Shown here one piece after another: positions 46,901 to 57,441 of a stretch of 64,000 bases of DNA. Source of the DNA: Synergistaceae bacterium (GTDB lineage Bacteria; Synergistota; Synergistia; Synergistales; Aminobacteriaceae); contig JAFYBQ010000033.1 of assembly GCA_017540085.1 (NCBI GenBank), positions 5,835 through 69,834 of the forward strand, read 5' to 3'. The number at the start of each line of letters is the position of its first letter. The first letter of the stretch is position 1. Under the pieces are notes generated by a model, which worked only from the letters and a program-made list of their open reading frames with translations, ran no database searches and was not told the origin of the DNA. Made by a program: the position numbers and the translations under genes.

Positions 46901-47358
46901 CGGCAATACGAATCCCTTGGACATCTGAGAATGAGAAACTTTACCCGAAGAAAGATACTATCTTGTTGTCGAAGGACGGCACTATAGGAATTGCGTACAA
47001 AGTTGACTCTGATATGGAGGCTGTAACATCGGGGGCGTTGCTTCATTTGCGTGTTACTGACTCTGAAGTCATGCCGGATTATCTTGCGCTTGTGCTTAAT
47101 TCAGAGGCTGTGCGCTTGCAGGCCGAACGCGATTCCAATGGAGCAATCATAAAACACTGGAAGCCCGGCGACATTGCCCGCACCGTTATTCCAATATTCG
47201 ACTCACAGACTCAGCAGTCAATCTCCGAACATGTCCGCGACTCTTTCGCCCTCAGAAAAGAATCCGAACGCCTCATAGCCCTTGCAGTAAAATCCGTTGA
47301 ACTCGCTGTAGAACATGACGAAAACGCAGCAATGAATCTCATAACGCAGTCAGAATAA
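43954..47358 (+). CDS. single-chain restriction-modification-like fusion: HsdR_N-type PD-(D/E)xK domain + gamma-class N6-adenine methyltransferase + two HsdS-like target recognition domains
   Basis: 1134 aa. ADIVIFE...IIVEVKK (D..ExK), DTAAGSCGF (AdoMet motif I), VMANPPFAG (NPPF motif IV). The C-terminal ~450 aa form two TRD-like blocks, each followed by a helical spacer. Confidence 0.8.
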   Translation: MYSLSELFRNSTHDDSAFTPGTVHAVESMIYTKEQRGKIIPFIKCIIRKKEIRLNPEEAVRQLYIYRLIHEYGYDPENIRLEHGINFGREIKRADIVIFEKDHPNSEYIIVEVKKPNSRDGKAQLKSYCNASGAIMGVWTNGQDFAYYHRKDPNYFENIPDIPKAKQKLRDILRERWTISDLEAKDRLRDGHKSLTGLIQEMEDEVLANAGVDVFEEVFKLIYTKLFDEMQSGRDKSRILEFRNYGDTDSDLKANIQALFKQAMRKWPGVFNDNDTISLTPSHLSVCVSALQSVKLFNSNLDVIDDAFEYLMSKSSKGEKGQFFTPRYVIDMCVRMLNPKKNESMIDTAAGSCGFPVHTIFHVWKNILAEKGIEQSHLFTAEEKPPECQEYVKDKVFAIDFDEKAVRVARTLNLIAGDGRTNVLHLNTLDYGRWEETIKPRAWQKIYSEGWLRFTDFCGTEEDYGNFAFDIVMANPPFAGDIKEGKIISRYELARDAKGKYAQRIGRDILFIERNIHFLKPGGRMAIVLPQGRFNNSSDKYIRSFIARECRILAVIGLHENVFKPHTGTKTSVLFVQKWDDDLCPHREDYPVFFATMRKPGKDNSGGKIYVRDSDGHILRDAHNHPVVDHDLYNHEGLTQDGIAEAFIEFAKREGLSFFGDARFSEERYGELVSGLEVSEVMLSRLENYFTLGAEYYAKGYVYAACKVQACRKSETLGNMSQIITDGDHDSPEYFDDGIPYLLSETVQTGYIDKSKIRYITLEKHETLRKSATRPRDVLVTKTGVYFGKSAVTPDDIQEANMSSHVAMIRLKDEYNPYFVSAFLNCNYGYSQLRRRGVKATRPEIALLEFDDIRVPKMSDEFDSLIESITRQAMTAIADSESLYARAQSILNDAIHFTPSAHSDSNITAVSFSQVFSAGRMDAEYFMPKYDELLAHLETLPAKRLGEIVTITKSIEPGSECYSTEGIPFIRVSDITETGITPPAIRIPWTSENEKLYPKKDTILLSKDGTIGIAYKVDSDMEAVTSGALLHLRVTDSEVMPDYLALVLNSEAVRLQAERDSNGAIIKHWKPGDIARTVIPIFDSQTQQSISEHVRDSFALRKESERLIALAVKSVELAVEHDENAAMNLITQSE

Positions 47359-47372
47359 TTCACAGCAGGGAA

Positions 47373-47402
47373 TTGACATTAACGGCTTGTATTTGCTAAG
47401 AT
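47373..47402 (+). promoter_or_regulatory. candidate sigma70-type promoter of the str operon
   Basis: TTGACA - 18 nt - TAAGAT, about 115 nt upstream of rpsL and only 15 nt after the RM-fusion stop. Confidence 0.55.
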
Positions 47403-47516
47403 TGTCAGGCTGTTTTTCCACAGACAAAATTTCAGGAAGGAGGGGAAATCTGCTGTCAATAGGGCGGTGAATTTCAGCCCGAAAAGTTACAGGAATAATT
47501 TTGACAGCGGAGACTT

Positions 47517-47894
47517 GTGCCGACAATTAATCAGTTAGTGCGGTTAGGCCGCGAGGAAAAGAAGAGCAAGAGCAATTCTCCGGCATTGCAGGGGAATCCG
47601 GCCCGCAGGGGAGTCTGCACCAGAGTGTACACGATAACCCCTAAGAAGCCCAATTCAGCGTTGCGGAAAGTTGCGCGTGTGAGACTCACAAACGGCATCG
47701 AAGTAACGTCATATATTCCCGGAATCGGCCATAACTTACAGGAACACTCAGTAGTCCTTGTGAGGGGCGGAAGGGTTAAGGACTTGCCCGGCGTCCGTTA
47801 CCATATAATCAGGGGTACGCTTGACTGCGGAGGCGTTGAGAACCGCAAGAGAAGCCGCTCAAAGTATGGCGCACGCAGGCCGAAAGCCAATTAG
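47517..47894 (+). CDS. rpsL: 30S ribosomal protein S12
   Basis: GTG start. [23 protein letters not shown]. Confidence 0.97.
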   Translation: MPTINQLVRLGREEKKSKSNSPALQGNPARRGVCTRVYTITPKKPNSALRKVARVRLTNGIEVTSYIPGIGHNLQEHSVVLVRGGRVKDLPGVRYHIIRGTLDCGGVENRKRSRSKYGARRPKAN

Positions 47895-47910
47895 GGAGGA
47901 TTTCTGAATC

Positions 47911-48381
47911 ATGCCGAGAAAAGGACATATCAAGAAGCGCGAGCCTCAGCCCGATGTGAGATTCCATAACGCCGCGGCGGGAAGGTTTATCAGCGCATTG
48001 ATGATGGGAGGAAAACGCAGCACAGCCGAGAGAATATTTTACGGCGCACTTGAAGGAGCTGCGGAAAAGTTAGGCGTTGAACCCTTTGAGGTTTTCGAGA
48101 AGGCAATGGCAAACGTTACGCCGAACATTGAAGTACGTCCCCGCCGTGTAGGTGGCGCAACGTATCAGGTTCCCGTTGAAGTTACGCCGGAGCGCGGAGT
48201 CCAGCTCTCTATACGCTGGATAGTCTCATATGCCCGTGCCAAAAAGGGAATGCCTATGGGTGAAAGGCTCATGCGTGAGTTGATGGATGCATACAAGAAC
48301 GAGGGAGCTTCAATCAAGCGCCGTGATGACACACACAGAATGGCGGAAGCTAACCGGGCATTTGCACATTACCGCTGGTAG
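47911..48381 (+). CDS. rpsG: 30S ribosomal protein S7
   Basis: 156 aa. RRVGGATYQVPVEV, ANRAFAHYRW end. Confidence 0.97.
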   Translation: MPRKGHIKKREPQPDVRFHNAAAGRFISALMMGGKRSTAERIFYGALEGAAEKLGVEPFEVFEKAMANVTPNIEVRPRRVGGATYQVPVEVTPERGVQLSIRWIVSYARAKKGMPMGERLMRELMDAYKNEGASIKRRDDTHRMAEANRAFAHYRW

Positions 48382-48417
48382 TCTGAAAGAAAAATTTATT
48401 TGTGCAGGTGTTAGTTT

Positions 48418-50481
48418 TTGCAGGATATTAGCAAGGTAAGAAACATAGGAATAGCAGCCCATATCGATGCCGGAAAAACTACGACCAGCGAGAGAATCCT
48501 CTATTACACGGGGAGTAATTACAAGGTCGGAGAAGTTCATGAAGGCAACGCGACAATGGACTGGATGGAGCAGGAGCGCGAGAGGGGAATAACAATAACC
48601 TCAGCAGCTACTACATGTGCGTGGAAGGGTCATACTATCAATCTTATTGATACGCCAGGCCACGTGGATTTTACAGCGGAAGTAGAGCGGTCATTGCGCG
48701 TACTTGACGGAGTCGTGGCGGTGTTCTGCGCGGTAGGAGGTGTAGAGCCTCAGTCCGAAACAGTATGGCGGCAGGCGGACAAATACGATGTTCCGAGAGT
48801 GGCATTCGTCAATAAAATGGACAGAATCGGCGCTGATTTCCCGTCAGTAGTGAAGGCCATGCGCGAAAAGTTAGGGGCAAACGCAATCCCGATACAGTTA
48901 CCGATAGGCGCGGAGGACGATTTTCAGGGCGTTGTTGACCTCATAGAGCAGAAAGCGTATTACTTCCCCGGCGTTCTGGGACAGCCTCCGAGAGAGGGAA
49001 CAATTCCCCCGGAGCTGGCGATGGCGGCCAAAGAGGGAAGAGACAAGATAGTGGAATCCCTTTCGGATTTCAGCGATGACATAATGATGCTCTATCTTGA
49101 GGGAAAACCCGTAAGCCCGGAATTAATCCGCAAGACTATGCGCGAGGCCGTAATCAGCCTGAAGGCAGTCCCGGTATTGTGCGGTTCGGCGTTCAAGAAC
49201 AAGTGCGTAGAGCCTCTGCTTGACGCGGTTGTGGAATATCTGCCGAGTCCTGTTGACCTTCCTGCGGTGAAAGGATTTTTGCCGACTGACCCGGAAAAAG
49301 TTGTTGAGAGACACAGCAGTGTTGACGAGCCGTTTTCGGCGTTAGCGTTCAAGGTGGCTGTAGATCCGTTCTTGGGAAAAATATATTTCCTCCGTGTTTA
49401 TTCGGGGAAAATGGACAAGGGCGGGGCGTTGTACAATCCTACATCGAGGCAGAAAGAGCGAATCGGGCGCATAATGAGAATGCACTCAAACAAGCGCGAG
49501 GACATCGATTCAATGGAAGCCGGAATGATTGTAGCAGTGCCATCACTGAAGGCCACAAGGACAGGCGACACGCTTTGCGACGAGTCAAAGCCGATTGTGC
49601 TTGAGAGTCTCGAATTTCCTGAGCCGGTTATATCTCTGGCAGTTGAACCCGCGACTCAGCAGGACAAAGTGAAGCTGTCGAAAGGACTCAACGCTCTTGC
49701 GGATGAGGATCCGACATTCAGAGTCCATAATGACGAGGAAAGCGGCCAGACGGTAATATCAGGCATGGGAGAATTGCACCTTGAGATTATTGTTGACAGG
49801 CTCAAGCGTGAGTTTGGCGTTGACGTGAAAGTCGGAAATCCGCAGGTCTCCTACCGCGAGGCAATCAGGAAACCGGCGCGGGCTGAAGGCAAGTATATAC
49901 GTCAGTCAGGCGGTCGCGGCCAGTACGGTCATGTAGTGTTTGAGATTGAACCGATTGAAGGCGGAAAGTTCGAGTTTGAGGATAAGATTGTCGGCGGAGC
50001 GATCCCGAAAGAATTTATCGCCGCTGTAGAGAAAGGACTCGAAGAGGCTGTGCAGTCGGGCGTTCTCGGAGGCTACCCCGTAATAGGCGTGAAAGTTGCG
50101 CTTGTTGACGGAAGTTATCACGAGGTTGACAGCTCGGAGATGGCGTTCAAGATTGCCGCGTCAATGGGATTCAAAGAGGCCATGAAGAAGGCTGACCCCG
50201 TACTCATGGAGCCGGTGATGAAAGTTGAAGTAACAACGCCGGAAGAATACTTAGGGGACGTAATCGGCGACCTGTCATCGAGGCGCGGACGCATTGACGG
50301 AATGGAAATGAAAGCCAACGCCCGCGAGGTGAAAGCCTTTGTCCCGCTTGTAGGAATGTTCGGTTACGCAACGGACTTGAGGAGCAAGACTTCAGGACGG
50401 GCAAATTACTCAATGGAATTTGACCATTACGAGCAGACTCCCGCAGAAGTCAGCGAAAAGATTTTGCAGGGAAGAATTTAA
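48418..50481 (+). CDS. fusA: elongation factor G
   Basis: [17 protein letters not shown] and NKMD GTPase motifs. 687 aa. TTG start. Confidence 0.97.
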   Translation: MQDISKVRNIGIAAHIDAGKTTTSERILYYTGSNYKVGEVHEGNATMDWMEQERERGITITSAATTCAWKGHTINLIDTPGHVDFTAEVERSLRVLDGVVAVFCAVGGVEPQSETVWRQADKYDVPRVAFVNKMDRIGADFPSVVKAMREKLGANAIPIQLPIGAEDDFQGVVDLIEQKAYYFPGVLGQPPREGTIPPELAMAAKEGRDKIVESLSDFSDDIMMLYLEGKPVSPELIRKTMREAVISLKAVPVLCGSAFKNKCVEPLLDAVVEYLPSPVDLPAVKGFLPTDPEKVVERHSSVDEPFSALAFKVAVDPFLGKIYFLRVYSGKMDKGGALYNPTSRQKERIGRIMRMHSNKREDIDSMEAGMIVAVPSLKATRTGDTLCDESKPIVLESLEFPEPVISLAVEPATQQDKVKLSKGLNALADEDPTFRVHNDEESGQTVISGMGELHLEIIVDRLKREFGVDVKVGNPQVSYREAIRKPARAEGKYIRQSGGRGQYGHVVFEIEPIEGGKFEFEDKIVGGAIPKEFIAAVEKGLEEAVQSGVLGGYPVIGVKVALVDGSYHEVDSSEMAFKIAASMGFKEAMKKADPVLMEPVMKVEVTTPEEYLGDVIGDLSSRRGRIDGMEMKANAREVKAFVPLVGMFGYATDLRSKTSGRANYSMEFDHYEQTPAEVSEKILQGRI

Positions 50482-50502
50482 CAAAGTAAGGAGTTAATAA
50501 AA

Positions 50503-51705
50503 ATGGCAAAAGAAAAGTTTGAGCGCACCAAGCCTCATTTGAATATCGGTACAATCGGGCATATCGACCACGGCAAAACGACACTCACGGCGGCAATCAC
50601 AAAATGCCTTGCCACTGAGAATTTCGCGGAGTTCACAGCGTATGACATGATCGACAAAGCCCCCGAAGAGAGAGAGCGCGGAATCACAATCAACATCGCG
50701 CACGTTGAGTATCAGACACCGAAGAGGCACTACGCGCACATCGACTGCCCCGGGCACGCTGACTACATCAAGAACATGATTACGGGAGCCGCACAGATGG
50801 ACGGCGCAATCCTCGTAGTTTCAGCGGCTGACGGCCCTATGCCTCAGACTCGTGAGCATGTACTTCTTGCGCGTCAGGTCAACGTTCCCGCGCTTGTCGT
50901 CTTCATGAACAAGACAGACCAGGTTGACGACCCCGAACTTCTTGACCTCGTAGAGATGGAAGTCCGCGAGCTTCTCAACAAGTACGAGTTCCCCGGCGAT
51001 GACATCCCGATTATTCGCGGCTCTGCGCTTGAAGTCCTCGAAAAAGGCACGGGCAAGAAGGACGATCCCATCTGCAAGCCGATATTCGATCTTATGGACG
51101 CTTGCGACAACTACATTCCCGACCCCGTTCGCGAAATCGACAAGCCCTATCTTATGCCGATTGAGGACGTTTTCACCATTTCAGGACGCGGCACGGTTGT
51201 TACAGGAAGAGTCGAGCGCGGCGTAATCAATGCGGGCGAGGCTGTTGAAATCGTCGGAATGAGCAGAGACACTCAGAAGACAGTCGCAACATCACTCGAA
51301 ATGTTCAGGAAGATTCTTGACAGCGCAGAGGCAGGAGACAACGTAGGCGTATTGTTACGCGGCATCGACAAGAACGAAGTCCAGCGCGGACAGGTTCTTG
51401 CCAAGCCCGGCACCGTTACTCCTCATACGAAATTCAAGGGCGAAGTTTACGTACTGAAGAAAGAGGAAGGCGGCCGTCATACACCGTTCTTTGCGGGCTA
51501 CAAGCCTCAGTTCTACTTCAGGACAACAGACGTTACCGGCAACATCAAACTTCCTGAGGGTGTCGAAATGGTAATGCCCGGCGACAACGCAACATTCGAG
51601 GTTGAGCTGATTGTGCCTATAGCGATGGAAGAGGGACTCCGCTTCGCAGTTCGCGAGGGCGGACACACAGTAGGCGCGGGAGTCGTAACCCAGATAATCG
51701 AGTAA
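50503..51705 (+). CDS. tuf: elongation factor Tu
   Basis: [21 protein letters not shown]. 400 aa. Confidence 0.98.
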   Translation: MAKEKFERTKPHLNIGTIGHIDHGKTTLTAAITKCLATENFAEFTAYDMIDKAPEERERGITINIAHVEYQTPKRHYAHIDCPGHADYIKNMITGAAQMDGAILVVSAADGPMPQTREHVLLARQVNVPALVVFMNKTDQVDDPELLDLVEMEVRELLNKYEFPGDDIPIIRGSALEVLEKGTGKKDDPICKPIFDLMDACDNYIPDPVREIDKPYLMPIEDVFTISGRGTVVTGRVERGVINAGEAVEIVGMSRDTQKTVATSLEMFRKILDSAEAGDNVGVLLRGIDKNEVQRGQVLAKPGTVTPHTKFKGEVYVLKKEEGGRHTPFFAGYKPQFYFRTTDVTGNIKLPEGVEMVMPGDNATFEVELIVPIAMEEGLRFAVREGGHTVGAGVVTQIIE

Positions 51706-51711
51706 ATCATC

Positions 51712-52017
51712 ATGGCACGCAAAATCCGCATACGTCTGAAGTCATTTGATCACAGGGTCTTAGACATCTCGGCGGCACAAATTGCAGAGACGGCGCAGTC
51801 AACAGGGGCGAGGGTTTCAGGGCCGATTCCGCTTCCTACAGAGGTGGGACGGATTACGATCCTGAAATCCCCCCACAAGGACAAAGATGCCCGCGAGCAG
51901 TTCGAGATGAGGACTCACAAGAGGCTTATAGACATAATCGAACCGACACAGAGGACAATGGACGCGCTTATGCAGCTTAATTTAGCGTCAGGCGTGGACA
52001 TTCAGATAAAATTTTAG
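51712..52017 (+). CDS. rpsJ: 30S ribosomal protein S10
   Basis: [14 protein letters not shown]. Position after tuf. Confidence 0.97.
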   Translation: MARKIRIRLKSFDHRVLDISAAQIAETAQSTGARVSGPIPLPTEVGRITILKSPHKDKDAREQFEMRTHKRLIDIIEPTQRTMDALMQLNLASGVDIQIKF

Positions 52018-52037
52018 GCGTAAGGAGCATATAAATT

Positions 52038-52664
52038 ATGTCAATTGGGATTCTGGGGAAAAAACTCGGAATGACACAGATTTATGACTCAGAGGGACAG
52101 GCCGTAGCTGTTACGGTCGTCCTTGCCGGGCCGTGTTCTGTTGTCGCTCTGAGAACCCCTGAACAGAACGGATATTCCGCCGTTCTTCTCGGTTTCGGGG
52201 CTGTGAAGGCTGCGAAGCTGTCCAAAGCGCAGAGGGTCATGTTCGAGAAACTGAAACTTGAACCCAAGAAAACACTTCGGGAATTTCGTCTTGATGATGT
52301 GAAAGGCTATGAAGTCGGCCAGGAACTGAAAGCGGATCTCTTTGAGGCGGGCGAGAAAATAAACGTCAAAGGCATCTCAAAGGGTAAAGGTTTCGCGGGC
52401 GTAATCAAGCGTCATCATTTCGGGGGTCAGCAGTTCAGTCATGGTACGTCAGTCGAACACAGGCACGGAGGCTCAAGCGGTGCAATTTCGTATCCCGGCA
52501 GAGTGTTTCCCGGCAAGAGGATGCCCGGCCACATGGGAAGCGACAAAGTAACCGTGAAGAATCTCACAGTCATGGCCGTAGACGCTGAGAACAATTTACT
52601 TCTCGTAAAAGGTGCAGTACCGGGCGCGAAAAACAGCCTGCTTGCCCTCTACAAGAAAGCATAA
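52038..52664 (+). CDS. rplC: 50S ribosomal protein L3
   Basis: GILGKKLGMTQIY, GKGFAGVIKRHHF. Confidence 0.97.
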   Translation: MSIGILGKKLGMTQIYDSEGQAVAVTVVLAGPCSVVALRTPEQNGYSAVLLGFGAVKAAKLSKAQRVMFEKLKLEPKKTLREFRLDDVKGYEVGQELKADLFEAGEKINVKGISKGKGFAGVIKRHHFGGQQFSHGTSVEHRHGGSSGAISYPGRVFPGKRMPGHMGSDKVTVKNLTVMAVDAENNLLLVKGAVPGAKNSLLALYKKA

Positions 52665-52680
52665 GGGGGAAAAAGATACT

Positions 52681-53307
52681 ATGCCTTTCGTAAAAGTATA
52701 TGAGTTCAGCGGCGACAGGGCCGGGGAAATGGAGCTTTCGTCAGCAGTGTTTGACGTTCCTGTGCATATGCCCGCGATTCATCAGGTAGTTGTGGCTCAC
52801 CTTGCGAATTGCCGTCAGGGTACTCACAGCACAAAGACACGCGGCGATGTTTCCGGCGGAGGCAAAAAGCCTTGGAGACAGAAGCACACAGGCCGGGCGC
52901 GTCAGGGTAGTACACGCTCGCCGATTTGGGTACACGGCGGTGTAGCACATGGCCCGCACCCTAGGGACTATCATCAGAAAGTCAACAAGAAGGTTATGCG
53001 TCTTGCGCTGAGAAGCGTTTTGTCCGACAAGGTACGCGAAGAGTTGATGGCTGTCGTGAAAGGTTTTGACGCAATCGAGAAGCCCTCTACAAAGGCCGTG
53101 AAGAATCTTTTTGACGCACTCGGATTCGGAAAAACGTTAGTCATCTATCATAACAACGGCGTGAATGTAGTCCGCTCGGTGAGGAATCTTCCCGGCGCAA
53201 AGTGCATCAACGTCGCAAGCATTAACGTTTATGACATTCTGAACGCAAAGAATCTGATTGTTACTCCCGAAGCTGTAGCGAAAATTGAGGAGGTTTATTC
53301 AAGATGA
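52681..53307 (+). CDS. rplD: 50S ribosomal protein L4
   Basis: Start refined to ATG 52681 (MPFVKVY); the track ORF extension overlaps rpl[20 protein letters not shown]. Confidence 0.96.
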   Translation: MPFVKVYEFSGDRAGEMELSSAVFDVPVHMPAIHQVVVAHLANCRQGTHSTKTRGDVSGGGKKPWRQKHTGRARQGSTRSPIWVHGGVAHGPHPRDYHQKVNKKVMRLALRSVLSDKVREELMAVVKGFDAIEKPSTKAVKNLFDALGFGKTLVIYHNNGVNVVRSVRNLPGAKCINVASINVYDILNAKNLIVTPEAVAKIEEVYSR

Positions 53308-53600
53308 ATCTGACCGCTCACGACATAATCATACGCCCTGTAATCACGGAGAAATCAAGCTCACTGATGGCGATGAACAAATACACGTTTGAGGTTCACA
53401 AGAGCGCGAACAAGATTCAGATTCGCAATGCCGTTGAGGAAGTCTTCAATGTGAAAGTAGACGGAGTGAACACAATCAACGTGAAGGGCAAAATCCGCAG
53501 GCGCGGAAGGGCAGTAGGCTACACGCGCTCATGGAAGAAAGCTATCGTTGCCCTCAAGCCGGATCAGCACATAGAGTTCTTCGAGGGTGCATCGATATAA
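53304..53600 (+). CDS. rplW: 50S ribosomal protein L23
   Basis: 98 aa. [11 protein letters not shown]. Operon position. Confidence 0.96.
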   Translation: MNLTAHDIIIRPVITEKSSSLMAMNKYTFEVHKSANKIQIRNAVEEVFNVKVDGVNTINVKGKIRRRGRAVGYTRSWKKAIVALKPDQHIEFFEGASI

Positions 53601-53618
53601 AGTAGGAGAAAACGGAAC

Positions 53619-54446
53619 ATGTCAATCAAACAGTTTAAGCCGTATACAGCCGCCCGCCGCCACATGTCGATTCAGGGGCGCGAGGACATTACGGCAGACA
53701 AGCCGGAACGCTCGTTAGTCGTCCATCTCCGCAAGCATGGAGGCAGAAACAACACAGGCCGAATCACCATGCGCCATATCGGAGGGGGCAGCAGGAGAGC
53801 TTACCGCATAATAGATTTCAAGCGCGACAAAATCGGCATTCCCGGAAAAGTTGCAACGATCGAATATGACCCTAACCGCAACGCAAGAATCGGACTGGTA
53901 CATTATGCTGACGGTGAGAAACGCTATATCATCATGCCGAAAGACCTCAATGTCGGCGATGTGATTTTCTCAGGCCCTGAGAGCGACATTACCCCCGGAA
54001 ATGCGTTGAAGCTCAAGGACATTCCTGTAGGCACTTTCATTCACAACATCGAGCTTCAGCCCGGAAACGGCGCAAAACTCGTGAGGGCAGCAGGAACTTC
54101 CGCACAGCTCATGTCGAAAGAGGGCAAATACGCCTATATCAGAATGCCGAGCAGTGAATTACGCTTAGTGCTTCTTGAGTGCATGGCTACGGTCGGGCAG
54201 GTCGGTAATGAAGACTACGACAATATTTCGTGGGGCAAAGCCGGAAAAACCCGCTGGAAGGGTCGCAGGCCGTCAGTAAGAGGTATGGTAATGAACCCCG
54301 TAGATCACCCGATGGGCGGCGGTGAAGGAAAATCGAAATCCAACAAGCACCCCGTATCACCTTGGGGGACTCCCGCGAAGGGTTACAGGACACGCAAGCG
54401 CAAGCCGTCAGACAGGCTTATTATCCGCAGGCGTTATGACAAGTAG
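53619..54446 (+). CDS. rplB: 50S ribosomal protein L2
   Basis: 275 aa. [32 protein letters not shown]. Confidence 0.98.
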   Translation: MSIKQFKPYTAARRHMSIQGREDITADKPERSLVVHLRKHGGRNNTGRITMRHIGGGSRRAYRIIDFKRDKIGIPGKVATIEYDPNRNARIGLVHYADGEKRYIIMPKDLNVGDVIFSGPESDITPGNALKLKDIPVGTFIHNIELQPGNGAKLVRAAGTSAQLMSKEGKYAYIRMPSSELRLVLLECMATVGQVGNEDYDNISWGKAGKTRWKGRRPSVRGMVMNPVDHPMGGGEGKSKSNKHPVSPWGTPAKGYRTRKRKPSDRLIIRRRYDK

Positions 54447-54463
54447 AAGGAGCTGAAAAATAA

Positions 54464-54733
54464 ATGCGCTCAAGTAAGAAAGGGCCTTTTGTTGAACAGA
54501 GGCTCCTCGACAGAATCGAAGCTATGAACGTCTCCGGCGCAAAGAAAGTAATCAAAACATGGTCAAGGCGTTCAATGATAGTGCCTCAGATGATAGGACA
54601 CACAATCGCTGTGCATAACGGGAAAATGCACCTTCCTGTTTACATCAGCGAGAACATGGTGGGGCATAAGCTGGGCGAGTTCGCTCCGACAAGAAGATTC
54701 GGGCATCACGCAGGCCAGGACAAAAAGAAGTAG
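54464..54733 (+). CDS. rpsS: 30S ribosomal protein S19
   Basis: [18 protein letters not shown]. Confidence 0.97.
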   Translation: MRSSKKGPFVEQRLLDRIEAMNVSGAKKVIKTWSRRSMIVPQMIGHTIAVHNGKMHLPVYISENMVGHKLGEFAPTRRFGHHAGQDKKK

Positions 54734-54742
54734 GTGTGAACA

Positions 54743-55102
54743 ATGGCAGACATTAAGACAGCAGTAGCAAAGACGAAAAACGCCAGAATATCACCGTACA
54801 AAGTCCGTCAGGTTCTTGCGCTGATACGCGGAAAATCAGCCGAACGCGCACAGGTAATACTGAAATTCAGCGACAAGAGAGCCGCAGGGATAATCCTCAA
54901 GGTTCTGAACAGCGCAATGGCGAACGCAGAACACAATTACGGCATGGACATGGACAAGCTGTATGTTCACGAGGCATTTGCGGATCAGGGGTCGGTAATG
55001 AAGAGATTCAGACCCGTATCAATGGGCCGCGCTCATCCCTACGTCCACAAATTAACGCACATAACGGTGAAACTCTGCGAACGTCAGCAGGAGGCAAAAT
55101 AG
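54743..55102 (+). CDS. rplV: 50S ribosomal protein L22
   Basis: 119 aa. ARISPYKVRQVLALIRGK. Operon position. Confidence 0.96.
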   Translation: MADIKTAVAKTKNARISPYKVRQVLALIRGKSAERAQVILKFSDKRAAGIILKVLNSAMANAEHNYGMDMDKLYVHEAFADQGSVMKRFRPVSMGRAHPYVHKLTHITVKLCERQQEAK

Positions 55103-55105
55103 AGA

Positions 55106-55789
55106 ATGGGACAGAAAGTACACCCAATCGGCTACCGTCTCGGAGTATCGACCGAATGCCAGTCGAGATGGTACGCCGACAAGAAGAATTACGCGAAGAA
55201 ACTTCATGAGGATATAAAGCTCCGCAAGTACATCATGAAGAAATGGGAAGGCGCAGGAATTTCACGCATTGAGATTGAGCGCGTCGGGCCTGTTGTGCGC
55301 TTCACGATTCACACGGCTAGGCCGGGAGTCGTCATCGGCAAGGGCGGCAATGAGATTCAGAACATCAAGAATGAGCTTCAGGCCATCACAGGCGGCAAAG
55401 TCATGGTGAACGTCCACGAGATAAAGAATCCTGACGTTGAAGCACAGTTAGTAGCAGAAGGAATCGCAAGCTCGCTCGAACGCAGGGTATCATTCCGCAG
55501 GGCAATGAAGCAGGCAATTTTCCGCGCAACAAAAGCAGGCGTTAAGGGAATCAAAGCACAGGTTGCAGGGAGACTCGGCGGTGCAGAAATCGCCCGTACA
55601 GAATGGTACAACGAGGGACAGTTGCCTCTGTCAACAATTAAGGCTGATATTGATTACGGATTCTCAGAGGCTGTAACAATGTACGGCGTTATAGGGTGCA
55701 AAGTGTGGATTTACCGCGACCGCAAAAACGAGAAGGCAGCAGCTCCGGCACGCCCGGCGCGTAACAGGCCGGCAAATAAGGGGGCGTAA
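55106..55789 (+). CDS. rpsC: 30S ribosomal protein S3
   Basis: [15 protein letters not shown] domain. 227 aa. Confidence 0.97.
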   Translation: MGQKVHPIGYRLGVSTECQSRWYADKKNYAKKLHEDIKLRKYIMKKWEGAGISRIEIERVGPVVRFTIHTARPGVVIGKGGNEIQNIKNELQAITGGKVMVNVHEIKNPDVEAQLVAEGIASSLERRVSFRRAMKQAIFRATKAGVKGIKAQVAGRLGGAEIARTEWYNEGQLPLSTIKADIDYGFSEAVTMYGVIGCKVWIYRDRKNEKAAAPARPARNRPANKGA

Positions 55790-55794
55790 TCACA

Positions 55795-56211
55795 ATGTTA
55801 ATGCCCAGCCGTGTGAAATACCGCAAGTCCCACAGATCCCCGCTCAGAGGAATCTCAAAGGGCGGCACAACAATAGCGTTCGGTGATTACGGGATTCAGG
55901 CTCTCGAAAATGTATGGCTCTCAGCGCGTCAGATTGAGGCGGCACGTGTCGCGATCTCCCGCAAAATGAAGAAGGGCGGAAAAATCTGGATTCGCGTTTT
56001 CCCCGACAGACCGTACACAAAGAAGCCTCTTGAGACTCGTATGGGTAAAGGAAAAGGCGCGCCCGAATACTGGGTTGCAGCAGTGAAGAGAGGCCGCGTT
56101 CTGTTCGAGTTCTCCGGGATTACTGAGGACGTAGCGCAGGAGGCTTTCAGGACAGCAAGCCACAAACTGCCCCTGAAGGTTCGCTTTGTACGCAGCGGAG
56201 GGAGTGATTAG
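55795..56211 (+). CDS. rplP: 50S ribosomal protein L16
   Basis: [25 protein letters not shown]. Confidence 0.97.
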   Translation: MLMPSRVKYRKSHRSPLRGISKGGTTIAFGDYGIQALENVWLSARQIEAARVAISRKMKKGGKIWIRVFPDRPYTKKPLETRMGKGKGAPEYWVAAVKRGRVLFEFSGITEDVAQEAFRTASHKLPLKVRFVRSGGSD

Positions 56212-56215
56212 CCTG

Positions 56216-56449
56216 ATGGACGCGAGCGTAAAGCCGGAAAAGCTCAGAGAATTAACGGGCGAAGAGATAGCCGGAAAAATCAAGGAGTACAAGACAGAAT
56301 TATTCAACCTGCGTTTTCAGAATGCTGTAGGACACCTCAAGAACACAAGCCGTATACGCGAAGTCAGGAAGACAATCGCAAGGCTCATGACTATAGCAGG
56401 CGAGAAGGCAGCAAGTAAGCCAGAAAAGGAAGCCGACAATGCCGAGTAA
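56216..56449 (+). CDS. rpmC: 50S ribosomal protein L29
   Basis: Start refined to ATG 56216. [26 protein letters not shown]. Confidence 0.93.
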   Translation: MDASVKPEKLRELTGEEIAGKIKEYKTELFNLRFQNAVGHLKNTSRIREVRKTIARLMTIAGEKAASKPEKEADNAE

Positions 56450-56726
56450 AGTAAGAACGGGTATAGTCGTCAGCAACAAGATGGACAAGACAATCATCGT
56501 CCGTGTTGAGAGAATGGCGGAACACCCGCTTTATGGAAAGAGAATCAAGCGCGCAAAGAAATATGTCGCTCATGACGCGGAGAACGTCTGCGGGATGGGC
56601 GATGAAGTGAGAATCCGCGAGACAAGACCCCTCAGCAAGACAAAACGCTGGGAGCTTGTCGAGGTAATGAGGAAGGCTCCTGTATTCGGCAGTGAGGCGG
56701 AAGAATCAGAGGAGGTTCAGGAATAA
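56439..56726 (+). CDS. rpsQ: 30S ribosomal protein S17 (with short acidic C-terminal tail)
   Basis: [24 protein letters not shown]. 11-nt overlap with rpmC. Confidence 0.95.
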   Translation: MPSKVRTGIVVSNKMDKTIIVRVERMAEHPLYGKRIKRAKKYVAHDAENVCGMGDEVRIRETRPLSKTKRWELVEVMRKAPVFGSEAEESEEVQE

Positions 56727-57095
56727 ATGATACAGCTTACGAGTGTCCTGAATGTCGCTGATAATTCGGGAGCAAGAAAGTTATTCTGCATTCAGGTTAT
56801 GGGCGGAAGCAAACGGCGTTACGGGACGATCGGCGATGTCATTGTCGCGTCAGTCCGTGAAGCCATTCCGAACAGCAACATAGCGAAAGGAAGCGTAGTT
56901 AAGGCCGTAATCGTTCGGACAAAGAAAGAAGTCCGGCGCAGAGATGGGACTTACGTGCGCTTTGACGACAATGCAGCAGTATTGATTGACGCTAACGGCG
57001 AACCCCGCGGGACTCGTATCTTCGGGCCTGTCGGTCGTGAACTGAGAGCGAAAAAGTACATGCGTATATTGTCCCTCGCTCCTGAAGTAGTATAG
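56727..57095 (+). CDS. rplN: 50S ribosomal protein L14
   Basis: [16 protein letters not shown]. 122 aa. Confidence 0.98.
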   Translation: MIQLTSVLNVADNSGARKLFCIQVMGGSKRRYGTIGDVIVASVREAIPNSNIAKGSVVKAVIVRTKKEVRRRDGTYVRFDDNAAVLIDANGEPRGTRIFGPVGRELRAKKYMRILSLAPEVV

Positions 57096-57108
57096 GGAGA
57101 CTCAGAAA

Positions 57109-57438
57109 ATGACAGTAAGACTGAAGAAGAATGACCGTGTGAAAGTTATCACCGGCAAGGACAAGGGGAAAGAAGGCAAAATCATACGCAGGATTCCCGA
57201 AAGAGATCTTGTAGTTGTCGAGGGCGTAAATATGGTGTCGCGCCATGTCAGACCCAGCCAGAACAACCCGCAGTCCGGCATCATCAAGCAGGAAGCTCCG
57301 ATTTATGCCAGCAAAGTTATGCTTGTCTGCCCTCAGTGCGGAAAAGCAACAAGAGTCGGAGCGTCATTCCTTGAGAACGGCAAGAAAGTCCGCGTCTGCA
57401 AAAAGTGCGGAGAAATTATCGATCGCGGAGGACTTTAA
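57109..57438 (+). CDS. rplX: 50S ribosomal protein L24 (four-Cys, Zn-ribbon-type C-terminal region)
   Basis: [23 protein letters not shown] motif. [10 protein letters not shown]...VCKKCGE. Confidence 0.96.
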   Translation: MTVRLKKNDRVKVITGKDKGKEGKIIRRIPERDLVVVEGVNMVSRHVRPSQNNPQSGIIKQEAPIYASKVMLVCPQCGKATRVGASFLENGKKVRVCKKCGEIIDRGGL

Positions 57439-57441
57439 GCC

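Noticed and set aside
43933-47372. The RM fusion might be part of a mobile genomic island.
   Set aside because: - No integrase, transposase or tRNA gene was recognised.
- I could find no flanking direct repeats by eye.
- Only one internal segment (TRD1) looks compositionally odd, so island status cannot be claimed from this window.
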